A DNA stretch of 44,518 nucleotides from Candidatus Krumholzibacteriia bacterium (GTDB lineage Bacteria; Krumholzibacteriota; Krumholzibacteriia; WVZY01), in assembly GCA_046754105.1 (NCBI GenBank), contig JBHHVD010000013.1, positions 1 to 44,518 on the forward strand. The letters run 5' to 3'. Shown in pieces: positions 1 to 8,318 of the stretch. Numbering within the stretch: the stretch's first letter is position 1; each line of letters begins with the position of its first letter. The translations under genes and the position numbers were made by a program. The notes beneath the pieces were generated by a model, which saw only the letters and a list, made by a program, of their open reading frames with translations, made no database searches and was not told where the DNA came from.

Positions 1-3
1 GCG

Positions 4-125
4 GGCTCGGGGGCTTGTCTCCGTCCCGTCGCCCGCTTCGCTCAGCTACCGGCCTCGCGGCCGGCGATCTTCGCTCGCTCCTGCGAACGTTCCGTCGACA
101 ACCCCCGAGCCGCCCGCATCGGGCC
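4..125. repeat. Intergenic REP/BIME-like repeat, copy 1 (module A within an inverted repeat)
   Basis: 66-107 GATCTTCGCTCGCTCCTGCGAACGTTCCGTCGACAACCCCCG matches 30814-30855 at 40/42 nt. 4-19 pairs with 97-111 (one bulge). 113-125 CCCGCATCGGGCC matches the end of module B. Confidence 0.8.
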
Positions 126-200
126 AACGGGTAGCCGGGCGGAGCGGTCGGCGGCCCGGAGTAACAACCCGAGGCGACGTGTGGAAGGATTTTCCCGGCA

Positions 201-224
201 TATTGGCCCAATACTTGTTATTAT
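201..224 (+). promoter_or_regulatory. Probable hflX promoter: extended -10 TGtTATTAT (216-224) preceded by palindrome TATTGG-C-CCAATA (201-213)
   Basis: AT-rich patch in a GC-rich background about 90 nt upstream of the hflX start; motifs read directly. Confidence 0.5.
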
Positions 225-314
225 ATAGTGGAGAGAGTTCAAATCGGCGGGTCGCCAAGGAATAGCCCGGAAGGAGGACGTCATAGCAAGCCACCACCAG
301 GAGGGAACCGCTAA

Positions 315-1607
315 GTGAAGCAGGGGTTCCAAGTTGTGCCACAGGAGAAACTCGTGGAGAGAGCCTACCTCGTGGGTGTGAGCCTCCCCGACAACCCTCT
401 CCTCAGCGAGCAGGAGCACGTCGACGAACTACAGCAGCTGGCGACCACCGCCGGCGCCGTGGTCGTGGGCAGGACGATACAAGGACGGACCCGGATCGAT
501 GGCGCCACCTTTATCGGGCCGGGCAAAGCGCAAGAAATCAAGCGCAAGTGCAACGAGCTGTGCGCCAATTTGGTGATCTTCGATCGTGACCTCTCGCCGG
601 CGCAGGCCCGAAACCTCGAAAAAATCCTCGACATCAACGTTATCGATCGCACCGAGTTGATTCTTGACATATTCGCGCGGCACGCCAAGACCCAGCAGGC
701 AAAGACCCAGGTCGAGTTGGCCCAACTCATTTACACGCTGCCTCGGTTGCGAAAACTGTGGGATCACCTGTCGCGCCAGCAAGGCGGCATCGGCACGCGC
801 GGGCCCGGTGAAACCCAGCTTGAGGTGGACCGGCGCCGGGTACGGGAAAGAATTGGGCGACTCAAACGCCAGCTAAAGACCTTCGGCAAGCGAAACGAGG
901 TGCTCCGCAAGTCCCGCAACGGCCACCCGATGGTGGCACTGGTCGGCTACACGAACACGGGAAAATCAACGCTAATGAACGCGCTCACCGGAGCGAACAC
1001 GCTCGCCGAGAACCAGCTTTTCGCCACCTTGGACACGCTCACTCGCCGCGTGGCGACCAGCGACCACGTGACGATCCTGCTCGTGGATACGGTCGGTTTC
1101 ATCCGCAGGCTTCCCCACCACCTGGTCGAGAGCTTCAAGGCCACGCTCAGCGACATCGCCAACGCGGACTTATGCCTGCACGTTATCGATGTCGCCCATC
1201 ATGCATACGCCGATCAAAAGGAAGTCGCGGACGCCACGCTCCGGACCATCAACGGATCGGCGGATCGCGTACTCTACGTTTTCAACAAGATAGACGCCGT
1301 AGACGATGAAACAATAGACGGCCTTAGACTGCGCTACCCGGAAGCGGTGTTCATCTCTGCGGCTGACGGGCAGGGCCTGGACGAGTTGAAAAGGCGAGTG
1401 GAACAACAGCTCTTCGGCAAGGACCTCAAGGTGGAGGTCGTGATCCCGGCCGTCGACGGCAAGGGCATCTCCGCCGTCAAGAGTCTTCTCGACAACCCGA
1501 CGAACTCGATCGAAGGTAAGTTGTATATCATCAGAGGCGTTATCAAGACGGGATTGATGGACCAGCTCGAAGCAGTCCGCGGCGCCCGGATCCGTTACCT
1601 CCTCTGA
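315..1607 (+). CDS. hflX: GTPase HflX (ribosome-splitting factor)
   Basis: LSPAQARNLE, IDRTELILDIFA, QVELAQL, GGIGTRGPGETQLEVDRR, G1 GYTNTGKS, LFATLD, G3 DTVGF, G4 NKID. SD AGGAGG at 299-304. Confidence 0.97.
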   Translation: MKQGFQVVPQEKLVERAYLVGVSLPDNPLLSEQEHVDELQQLATTAGAVVVGRTIQGRTRIDGATFIGPGKAQEIKRKCNELCANLVIFDRDLSPAQARNLEKILDINVIDRTELILDIFARHAKTQQAKTQVELAQLIYTLPRLRKLWDHLSRQQGGIGTRGPGETQLEVDRRRVRERIGRLKRQLKTFGKRNEVLRKSRNGHPMVALVGYTNTGKSTLMNALTGANTLAENQLFATLDTLTRRVATSDHVTILLVDTVGFIRRLPHHLVESFKATLSDIANADLCLHVIDVAHHAYADQKEVADATLRTINGSADRVLYVFNKIDAVDDETIDGLRLRYPEAVFISAADGQGLDELKRRVEQQLFGKDLKVEVVIPAVDGKGISAVKSLLDNPTNSIEGKLYIIRGVIKTGLMDQLEAVRGARIRYLL

Positions 1608-2893
1608 CCCCGTTCCTCCGCCCCGAATTCCCCGGGGTACTTCTGTAGAAACGACGCCCTGAGATTCTCGATCTCCGGCGACTTCGCTGTCAGCTCGTAC
1701 TTCTTATCCAGGTGATAGATGATGAACTGGGACAAGAATACGAAAAGCAGTGGCAGCCCATAAGGAAGAAAACGCCGCCAGGCCCTTTCGTACAACAGGC
1801 GTGAGGCGAGCACGGTAACCGAGGAAAGAATCATGATAAAACCGACCGACACCAGGTAAAGATGCCGGATATTCAGCCAGTCGTTGGGAAACTTGAAGAA
1901 GCAGAACGGCAAGAGCGTAATGTACGTCCAGGCGATGAAGAAGCGAATGGTACGGTTGCCGAAGATGAATCCGAACACGGTGTACGATACGACGATAAGA
2001 AACGTAACCAACCGAATCTCGGTTGCGACCTTGTAGATGACCTGGACTAGCGGACCGGCATGGGTGACGAGGCTCGAGCCGTGGATCGGAAACACCATGC
2101 GTACGAGGTAACTTCCGAAGTTGCGAAAAAAAGTGAAACCAGCAAGCGTGAAATCCCTCTGGGCGGCCGCGCCGGGCAGAAGGCTTAGTTTCACGACAAA
2201 AGCGACGAACGCAACTACGGCCACAACCGTGAGGTTGCGATTGAAGACTCCCTTGTCCAGTTCTTTTCGAAAAAAGACATGAAAAGCGAACATACAGCCA
2301 AGGATGCTGAACGACGTGGCCTTGGTCATGAGGCTCAGCGTGAAGCACAGCAAAGAAGCGACGAACCATAAGGAAGCTAACCGCCCGCCCTTCTGCAACT
2401 CGTTCTTGAAGTAGAGAAGGAGCGTCAAGAGGGTCAGCAAAGTGATCAACAAATCGCCGATGCCTGCCACGACCATCACGGCCTTGCCGTAATTGCCAAC
2501 CGCGAAGACAAAGAGCAGCGAGGAGAGAAAAGCGATAGCCCGGTCTCTCAAGAGCGTGAAGACCAGGAAAAAAACGAAGTACGCGTTGAGTGCGTGAATG
2601 AAAATATTGAAGAGGTAGTACTTCCACGCGGCGAGACCGAAAAACGAATACTCGCCGAAGAAGATGAGCCTTACCAGGGGTTGAAAGGGCTGAAACGGCG
2701 CCGATGTAAAAACGTGCCGCAGTGAACGGCCCGTCTCGATGGCTTGCTCCAGGTAGAGATAATCCCCGGAACTCCAGAAGGTGTTGTTCCGCACGAGCCC
2801 GAAAAAAACGAGACTCAAGAACAGCAGAAGCCCAAAAAGCGCAAGCTTCCCCGACCGCGCCAGTGGTCCCCGGCGGTCCTCGGCAGTGGCCAC
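1595..2893 (-). CDS. Polytopic membrane protein, GT-C fold glycosyltransferase-like (TMTC/PMT-like core, no TPRs)
   Basis: About 10 hydrophobic segments. 'FQPL...YSFFG...YYLFNIFIHALN' and 'RHLYLVSVGF' echo the YRPL / YH..N..LH..N / ERYLYLPS pattern of TMTC-like GT-C proteins. Confidence 0.6.
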   Translation of the reverse strand: MATAEDRRGPLARSGKLALFGLLLFLSLVFFGLVRNNTFWSSGDYLYLEQAIETGRSLRHVFTSAPFQPFQPLVRLIFFGEYSFFGLAAWKYYLFNIFIHALNAYFVFFLVFTLLRDRAIAFLSSLLFVFAVGNYGKAVMVVAGIGDLLITLLTLLTLLLYFKNELQKGGRLASLWFVASLLCFTLSLMTKATSFSILGCMFAFHVFFRKELDKGVFNRNLTVVAVVAFVAFVVKLSLLPGAAAQRDFTLAGFTFFRNFGSYLVRMVFPIHGSSLVTHAGPLVQVIYKVATEIRLVTFLIVVSYTVFGFIFGNRTIRFFIAWTYITLLPFCFFKFPNDWLNIRHLYLVSVGFIMILSSVTVLASRLLYERAWRRFLPYGLPLLFVFLSQFIIYHLDKKYELTAKSPEIENLRASFLQKYPGEFGAEERGQRR

Positions 2894-3023
2894 ATTCCCC
2901 CCTTTTGAGCAGTTGCAACGCGCAGTGCGGTCACGTTCGCGACCAGGAAAGGTCCTATCCGGTAAGGGCTTTGGTCATCGACTCGCCGCTTCGGCACAGT
3001 TGTTGCACCCACCGGGATAATTC

Positions 3024-3052
3024 TTGCACAAAATCCCGGCCGGTGCTATAAG
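3024..3052 (+). promoter_or_regulatory. Sigma70-type promoter TTGCAC-N17-TATAAG with extended -10 TG
   Basis: -35 at 3024-3029, -10 at 3047-3052; lies about 45 nt upstream of GTG 3099. Confidence 0.65.
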
Positions 3053-3098
3053 CAAAGCGCTTTTTGGCGAGGGACACACTGGAAAAGGAAGCCCACCC

Positions 3099-3905
3099 GT
3101 GAACAAACTTCGAATCGGAGCCCCCGGCCATTTAGCCGCCCGGCCCCTGGTGTTCGGGCTTATGCGCAATTCCCGTGCGCAAGTCGACCTCGTCTATGAC
3201 GAGCCGGGCCGGCTGGCAACGGCGCTCGACCGGCGGGAGCTGGATGCGGCGCTGATCCCGAGCATCGAGTTCCTGCGGGGTACCGGCGGGCATTATGTGC
3301 AAGGCCCGGCGCAAATTGCAGGGGTCAACACACGCTCGCTGGTTCTGGTGACCGACCGTGACCTGCCTTCGACCAGCCGCATCGCCGTCAACGAAAACAG
3401 CCGGACCCCCCTGGCCGTGTTGCGCATCGTCCTCGATAAGCTCCACCACACAACGCCGGATTTTTGTGTTTTCAAAGGGGACCCGGACAAATGGTGTGAA
3501 GCATATGACGGCGTGCTGCTGACCGGTGACCGCGGACTGGACCACTGGCTCGAGAACCGCAACGAGAATGCCGCGACCTACGATCTGGGTGAAATGTGGG
3601 CGGCGCTGTTTCCACACCCCCTGGTTCTGTCGCTGTGGGCATACAACGATGAAAAACTCGGGGAGCGCCTTCAGGAACTCCTCGTATCTGCCCGGGATTT
3701 CGGAATTCAGAACCTGTCCATACTCTCGGACGGTGTCGCGCAATCCTCGTCCTACGATGGCGAAGTGCTCTATAACTTTTTTGCGACGTCCTGGAAATAC
3801 GACCTCGGTCGTGCAGAAGAACAAGGCCTCAAGGTGCTCGAGCAGCACGCGCTCGAGTATCAACTCATCCAGCATTCCCGCCTCGGCAAGGTCCTCGCGG
3901 TCTGA
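3099..3905 (+). CDS. mqnA: MqnA/MqnD-family protein (chorismate dehydratase MqnA-like, futalosine pathway), divergent active site
   Basis: LRIG...PLVFGL, ELDAALIPSIEFL, SRT, LLTGD, YDLGEMW...PLVLSLW. Start moved to GTG 3099 because of SD-like AAGGAAG and because the promoter overlaps the ORF-track start. Confidence 0.8.
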   Translation: MNKLRIGAPGHLAARPLVFGLMRNSRAQVDLVYDEPGRLATALDRRELDAALIPSIEFLRGTGGHYVQGPAQIAGVNTRSLVLVTDRDLPSTSRIAVNENSRTPLAVLRIVLDKLHHTTPDFCVFKGDPDKWCEAYDGVLLTGDRGLDHWLENRNENAATYDLGEMWAALFPHPLVLSLWAYNDEKLGERLQELLVSARDFGIQNLSILSDGVAQSSSYDGEVLYNFFATSWKYDLGRAEEQGLKVLEQHALEYQLIQHSRLGKVLAV

Positions 3906-3944
3906 TTCCCGTTCCACCAGACCTCGCGCGCCGCGCAACCGACT

Positions 3945-4643
3945 TCAACTCGCAGTAGCCCGCGCTTCCCTGCGTCGTTTCTCCTGCCCCGCCAGCCTGT
4001 CGGCCCAGCGGGTCGGCTCGGGCAGCCTGAACCCGCCCCCGCACGCCAACGTGATCTTGCAGCTGGCGGCGTGGTCGACGAGGTGTCCGGGCGAAACAAA
4101 GAGCGGCTTGACGCCGTCGCGCGTTCTCAGCACCGTACCCACCCGCCTGCGTTCGTGGATCAGCGGCGTGTGGTCGCCGCGCGCCGGGCCCACGCCATCG
4201 TGGTCGCCCACCAACCGGCTCTTGGCACAGCCCACGGAGGGTTTGCCGAGCAGCAGGCCCAGGTGGCTCGCGAGCCCCAGGCCCCGGGGATGGGCAACTC
4301 CGTGACCATCGCAGAGAACGACGTCGATCGGCGACGTCACCTTCTGCAGGCAGCGGATGAGCGCGGGAATCTCGCGGAACGACAGCAGCCCGGGAATGTA
4401 GGGAAAGTCGATCCTCGTTGTTGCCAGGCGGGTCTCGATCCGTTCGAGCTTGGGAAAACGGAACACCACCACCGCCGAGACAAGTCGGTTCAGCCGTTTG
4501 GAAACAGCGACGTCCATCCCCGCGACGAAACGAATCTTCCGCAATGGCAAAGGCCGGAGGAGCACACGTGCCCGCAGCCTCTCTTGCAGCGCGACGGCCT
4601 CGGAATAATCTGGATTCCATCGATGATGCGTACGAACTTTCAT
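3945..4643 (-). CDS. nfi: Endonuclease V (deoxyinosine 3' endonuclease)
   Basis: GMDV, FPYIPGLLSFRE, DGHGVAHPRGLGLASHLG, GCAKSRL, FVSPGH, PEPTRWAD. Confidence 0.96.
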   Translation of the reverse strand: MKVRTHHRWNPDYSEAVALQERLRARVLLRPLPLRKIRFVAGMDVAVSKRLNRLVSAVVVFRFPKLERIETRLATTRIDFPYIPGLLSFREIPALIRCLQKVTSPIDVVLCDGHGVAHPRGLGLASHLGLLLGKPSVGCAKSRLVGDHDGVGPARGDHTPLIHERRRVGTVLRTRDGVKPLFVSPGHLVDHAASCKITLACGGGFRLPEPTRWADRLAGQEKRRREARATAS

Positions 4644-4725
4644 GGCGGCCCCGGCGCGCTTCGGGATTTCCGGGTTGCGCTGAACATGTTCCTATTGTAG
4701 CGTTTACACCTCGTGGAGGCACGTA

Positions 4726-6345
4726 ATGGCCCGGACCGGCTCCGTTTCACCGAAACAACTCTCCCTGGCGCTTCTGGCGGCTCTCGCGCTGTACGTTATG
4801 TCGTCTCTCTTCATGATGCCATACGTGCCGGACGATTCCTACATCTCGTTTCGTTACGCCGAAAACCTCGTGAACGGTGAAGGACTTGCGTTCAACGAGG
4901 CCGAACAGCCCGTCGAGGCCTACAGTAATTTGCTGTGGATTTTCGTTTGCGCGGCCCTGTACAAGGCCGGGATGGACCTGCCCACGGTCATGCCCTTTGT
5001 CGGCGTGCTGGTGGGCGCTTTGAATATCCTCCTGCTGTGGATCTTGTTCGTGCGCAGACGGATGCCGGGGCTGCAGATGCTTTTCCCGCTCCTGTTCCTT
5101 GCTAGCTCCGGGCCATTCATTACCTATGCGGTTTCAGCGTTGGAAGCGCCGCTGTATGCCCTGTTGCTGCTGGCGATGATCAACTTCGTCGATTTGGCCT
5201 TTGCGAGCGGGCGGCTGCGCTATTATCTCCTGCTCGCCTTCAGCGGGGTTCTGATCTCGCTTTGCAGGCCGGAAGGAATCATCGTATTACCGGCGATCCT
5301 CGCCCTCGTGTTCTTTCTCGCCCGCCGACGGCGGGGGGACACGCCGTTCCATAAGACGTACTTCAAGAATCTCGTCGTGGCCCTTGCCTCCTTTGTCATT
5401 ATTATCGGAGTGTACCATGTCTGGCGAATCTCATATTTCGGTGAGGTGCTGCCGACGCCTTTCCTGTCGAAGGGCGGCGCGGGCAAGTCCGTGTTCGCGG
5501 CGTGGTCGCAGAACATGACGATCTACTTTGACCAGCAGGGGGACTACTATCCGCCGATCGGCTACTACTTCGTGGCGCTGACGGTCATCGGCATTCTCGG
5601 GCTCATGGTCTCGCGGTCCGGCCGGTTCCATAAGCAAACCGAAACCGTGGCCCTGGCCCTCGCGCTGCTGCACACGGCGGTCTATTTCAACTTCAAAGAC
5701 TGGATGCCGGCGATGCGCTACCACTCGTCCACCGTCGGCTTGTTTTTGATCACGGCGGCACACGTCCAGGGACCGGTGTTCAAGAAAAAGGAACCGATGG
5801 ACAAGCAGGCGGTGCTGCGGTTCTGGATGGCAGGTATCTCCGTGCTTTTCATCAGCTTTTCGGTCCTGGGCAACTTGAGGGTCATCACGAAGCGCACGGA
5901 GACGAGCAAGGAGAAGAGCCTCGTTGCGCTGGGCAAGTGGTTGCACGATAACATGCCAGCCAGCTCCGTGCTCGCCATGAGCGACGTAGGGGTAATCCCG
6001 TACTACTCGGGCTTCAAGACCATTGATATTCACGTCGAATCGTTGACGGATTTGTATATCGCCAAGCACGGATTCAGTAAGGACTACTTTTACCGCAGGC
6101 ATCCAGATATCGTTATCTTCCCGTCGCGAAGCCAGATCGCCTTGCGATTCTACCCCGAGCACTTTGCGCTGGCGGAGGAGGAACGGTTTCAGAGAACCTA
6201 CCGCCACCTCGGATCCGTGCGGTATGACTGGATAGAGGACCGGAGCTACTGGGTATACATCCCGCGGGGCTGGCCCAGGTTTTCGGACGAAGCGATGGAT
6301 CGTTTCCCGCACGGCGTAGGTGCCGTCAAACACAAAAAAAACTAG
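4726..6345 (+). CDS. Polytopic membrane glycosyltransferase, GT-C superfamily (AftB/ArnT-like, DDxYISFRYA family)
   Basis: DDSYISFRYAENLVNGEGLAFN..VEAYSNLLW, RPEG, YFGEVLP, many TM helices, C-terminal 'DVGVIPYYS...LTD..IA' soluble domain. Confidence 0.75.
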   Translation: MARTGSVSPKQLSLALLAALALYVMSSLFMMPYVPDDSYISFRYAENLVNGEGLAFNEAEQPVEAYSNLLWIFVCAALYKAGMDLPTVMPFVGVLVGALNILLLWILFVRRRMPGLQMLFPLLFLASSGPFITYAVSALEAPLYALLLLAMINFVDLAFASGRLRYYLLLAFSGVLISLCRPEGIIVLPAILALVFFLARRRRGDTPFHKTYFKNLVVALASFVIIIGVYHVWRISYFGEVLPTPFLSKGGAGKSVFAAWSQNMTIYFDQQGDYYPPIGYYFVALTVIGILGLMVSRSGRFHKQTETVALALALLHTAVYFNFKDWMPAMRYHSSTVGLFLITAAHVQGPVFKKKEPMDKQAVLRFWMAGISVLFISFSVLGNLRVITKRTETSKEKSLVALGKWLHDNMPASSVLAMSDVGVIPYYSGFKTIDIHVESLTDLYIAKHGFSKDYFYRRHPDIVIFPSRSQIALRFYPEHFALAEEERFQRTYRHLGSVRYDWIEDRSYWVYIPRGWPRFSDEAMDRFPHGVGAVKHKKN

Positions 6346-6368
6346 GATGGCTCAAGAAAGGGGGTTCG

Positions 6369-6722
6369 ATGACTGTGGGCAACGGTATAGGCGACTTCAA
6401 TTCGTTTCGACAGGATATGAACGAAAAAATACTAAAAGAGGACAACCTGGTCATCAAGCGCTTCTTCAACCTCGACAGCAACGTTTATAAAGACGGAGCG
6501 CTCAGTGGCAAGGTCAAGGAGATGATGGGGCTCGTAGCCTCGATGGTGCTGCGCTGCGACGACTGCATACGATACCACGTCCAATCGTGCAAGGAAGTGG
6601 AAGTCTCGAGAGAGGAGTTGTTCGAGCTGTTCGGTGTGGCGCTGGTGGTCGGCGGCTCGATCGTGATCCCGCACCTGCGGCGCGCGGTGGCGTTTCTCGA
6701 TGACCTCGAAGGGCGGGGATGA
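6369..6722 (+). CDS. Carboxymuconolactone decarboxylase / AhpD-like protein
   Basis: GALSGKVKEMMGLVASMVLRCDDCIRYH (CxxC plus His), VVGGSIVIPH. Confidence 0.9.
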   Translation: MTVGNGIGDFNSFRQDMNEKILKEDNLVIKRFFNLDSNVYKDGALSGKVKEMMGLVASMVLRCDDCIRYHVQSCKEVEVSREELFELFGVALVVGGSIVIPHLRRAVAFLDDLEGRG

Positions 6723-6734
6723 CGACCGGCAAGC

Positions 6735-6817
6735 GGCCCGATGCCCGATGCGGGTGGCAGCGAACGGGCGCCCGCCCGCGCGGACAGGCTGTCCGCTGAC
6801 AGGACCCGCATCGGACC
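6735..6817. repeat. Intergenic REP/BIME-like repeat, copy 2 (module B plus an inverted partial copy)
   Basis: 6786-6817 AGGCTGTCCGCTGACAGGACCCGCATCGGACC matches 30776-30807 at 30/32 nt. 6745-6755 CCGATGCGGGT is the reverse complement of 6804-6814. Lies between convergent genes. Confidence 0.8.
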
Positions 6818-6845
6818 AGCGAGTAGTGCGGCCAGCCCCTGATTT

Positions 6846-8261
6846 CTACGGGAAGATCCCAAGTTCGAGATACGAGGTGGCAACCTTGTTTATTGCGTCG
6901 ATGAACGCGGCGGTTCGCAGACCAAAGGCGTCATCGTGCCGTTTGCGGATGTCCCGAATTTCGTGAAATGCCGCCACCATGGTCTCCTCGAGACCTGAGT
7001 CGACGAGGTCCGCCTCGTCCGCCCCGTGCGCGATCTTGCCAAACACTTCCTCCGCGACCTTCTTGCCCGACGTCGACTCGATCGCCCGCAGGATCATCGT
7101 GTTGGTGTTTTCCTCGAACCGTTTACCCATCCTGCCGAAGCGCATATGTGACAAGTTCTTGAGCCATTCGAAATAGGATACAGTGACGCCGCCGGCGTTG
7201 AGATACGTGTCGGGAATCACCATCTTGCCCTTCTTCACCAGCACCTCGTGCGCGTCGGACGTCACCGGCCCGTTGGCCGCCTCGCCGATGATGCGCGCGC
7301 GTATCCGCTCAACGTTCTCCATCGTGATCTGGTTCTCAAGGGCGGCGGGTACGAGGATGTCGCATTCGAGCTCGAGCAGCCGGCTGCCGGAACTCAGGTT
7401 CCTCGCTTTGGGATAGTCGAGGATGGAGCCCGTCTCCTTGCGGTGTCGCACGACGTCGTCGACGTCCAGGCCCTTGTCATTCGTGATGGCGCCTTCCCGT
7501 TCGGACAGGCCGACGAGCAGCGCGCCGCCTTCCCGCAGATACTTGGCTGCGTGGTATCCCACGTTGCCCAGGCCTTGCACGGCGACGGTCTTGCCGTCGA
7601 GACCCGCATGGAGCCCCAGCGGGGCCATGTCCTCTTCAACGCCGCACGCCTCGCGAATTCCAAAAAAAACGCCGCGCCCCGTCGCCTCGGTCCTGCCACG
7701 GACGCCGCCCTGCGAGACGGGCTTGCCCGTCACGCATGCAATTGAGTCGAGCTTCGACGGTGCAATCGAGTTGTAGGTGTCGAGAATCCAGGCCATCTCC
7801 TGCGACCCGGTACCGTAGTCCGGGGCGGGTACGTCGATGCCGGGATCGATGAAGTTCTTCCGAATGAGCTCGTACGTATAGCGGCGTGTGACCCGTTCGA
7901 GTTCCGATTGCGAGTAGTCCAGGCGCGAGATCTTCACACCGCCCTTGGCCCCTCCGAACGGAACGTCGACAATCGCGCACTTATACGTCATCAACGCGGC
8001 CAATGCCATGACTTCGTCCTCCGCCACGGCGGACGAGTAGCGAATACCCCCTTTGACCGGAGTCTTGTGCTGGCTGTGCTCCGCTCTCCACGCCTGGATC
8101 GCCTCGATCGTGCCGTCGTCCCTCACTAGCGGAAACGTCATGTGGTAAACGCTGTTGCAAATTTTGATTTGCTTGAGAAGGCCCGGGGGATGCTTGGTAT
8201 ACGCGGCGGCCTTGTCAAAATTACGATTGACCTGCTCCGAGAATTTCACATCGGCGGGCAT
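6846..8261 (-). CDS. gdhA: Glutamate dehydrogenase (Glu/Leu/Phe/Val dehydrogenase family)
   Basis: KGGIRY, MTYKCA, PFGGAKGG, DVPAPD, VTGKP, ATGRG, QGLGNVG, EAANGP, NAGGVTVSYFEW. SD AGGAGG. Confidence 0.96.
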   Translation of the reverse strand: MPADVKFSEQVNRNFDKAAAYTKHPPGLLKQIKICNSVYHMTFPLVRDDGTIEAIQAWRAEHSQHKTPVKGGIRYSSAVAEDEVMALAALMTYKCAIVDVPFGGAKGGVKISRLDYSQSELERVTRRYTYELIRKNFIDPGIDVPAPDYGTGSQEMAWILDTYNSIAPSKLDSIACVTGKPVSQGGVRGRTEATGRGVFFGIREACGVEEDMAPLGLHAGLDGKTVAVQGLGNVGYHAAKYLREGGALLVGLSEREGAITNDKGLDVDDVVRHRKETGSILDYPKARNLSSGSRLLELECDILVPAALENQITMENVERIRARIIGEAANGPVTSDAHEVLVKKGKMVIPDTYLNAGGVTVSYFEWLKNLSHMRFGRMGKRFEENTNTMILRAIESTSGKKVAEEVFGKIAHGADEADLVDSGLEETMVAAFHEIRDIRKRHDDAFGLRTAAFIDAINKVATSYLELGIFP

Positions 8262-8318
8262 GTCGGTGTCCTCCTGGACTGGTTGCAGGGCAGCGAGCGA
8301 GAACTACTACAGGGTCCC

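Noticed and set aside
42..419. Minus-strand ORFs 42-419 and 46-342, and 30686-30895, sharing peptide text such as GVVDGTFAGASED
   Set aside because: The shared peptide is just the translation of the non-coding intergenic repeat.
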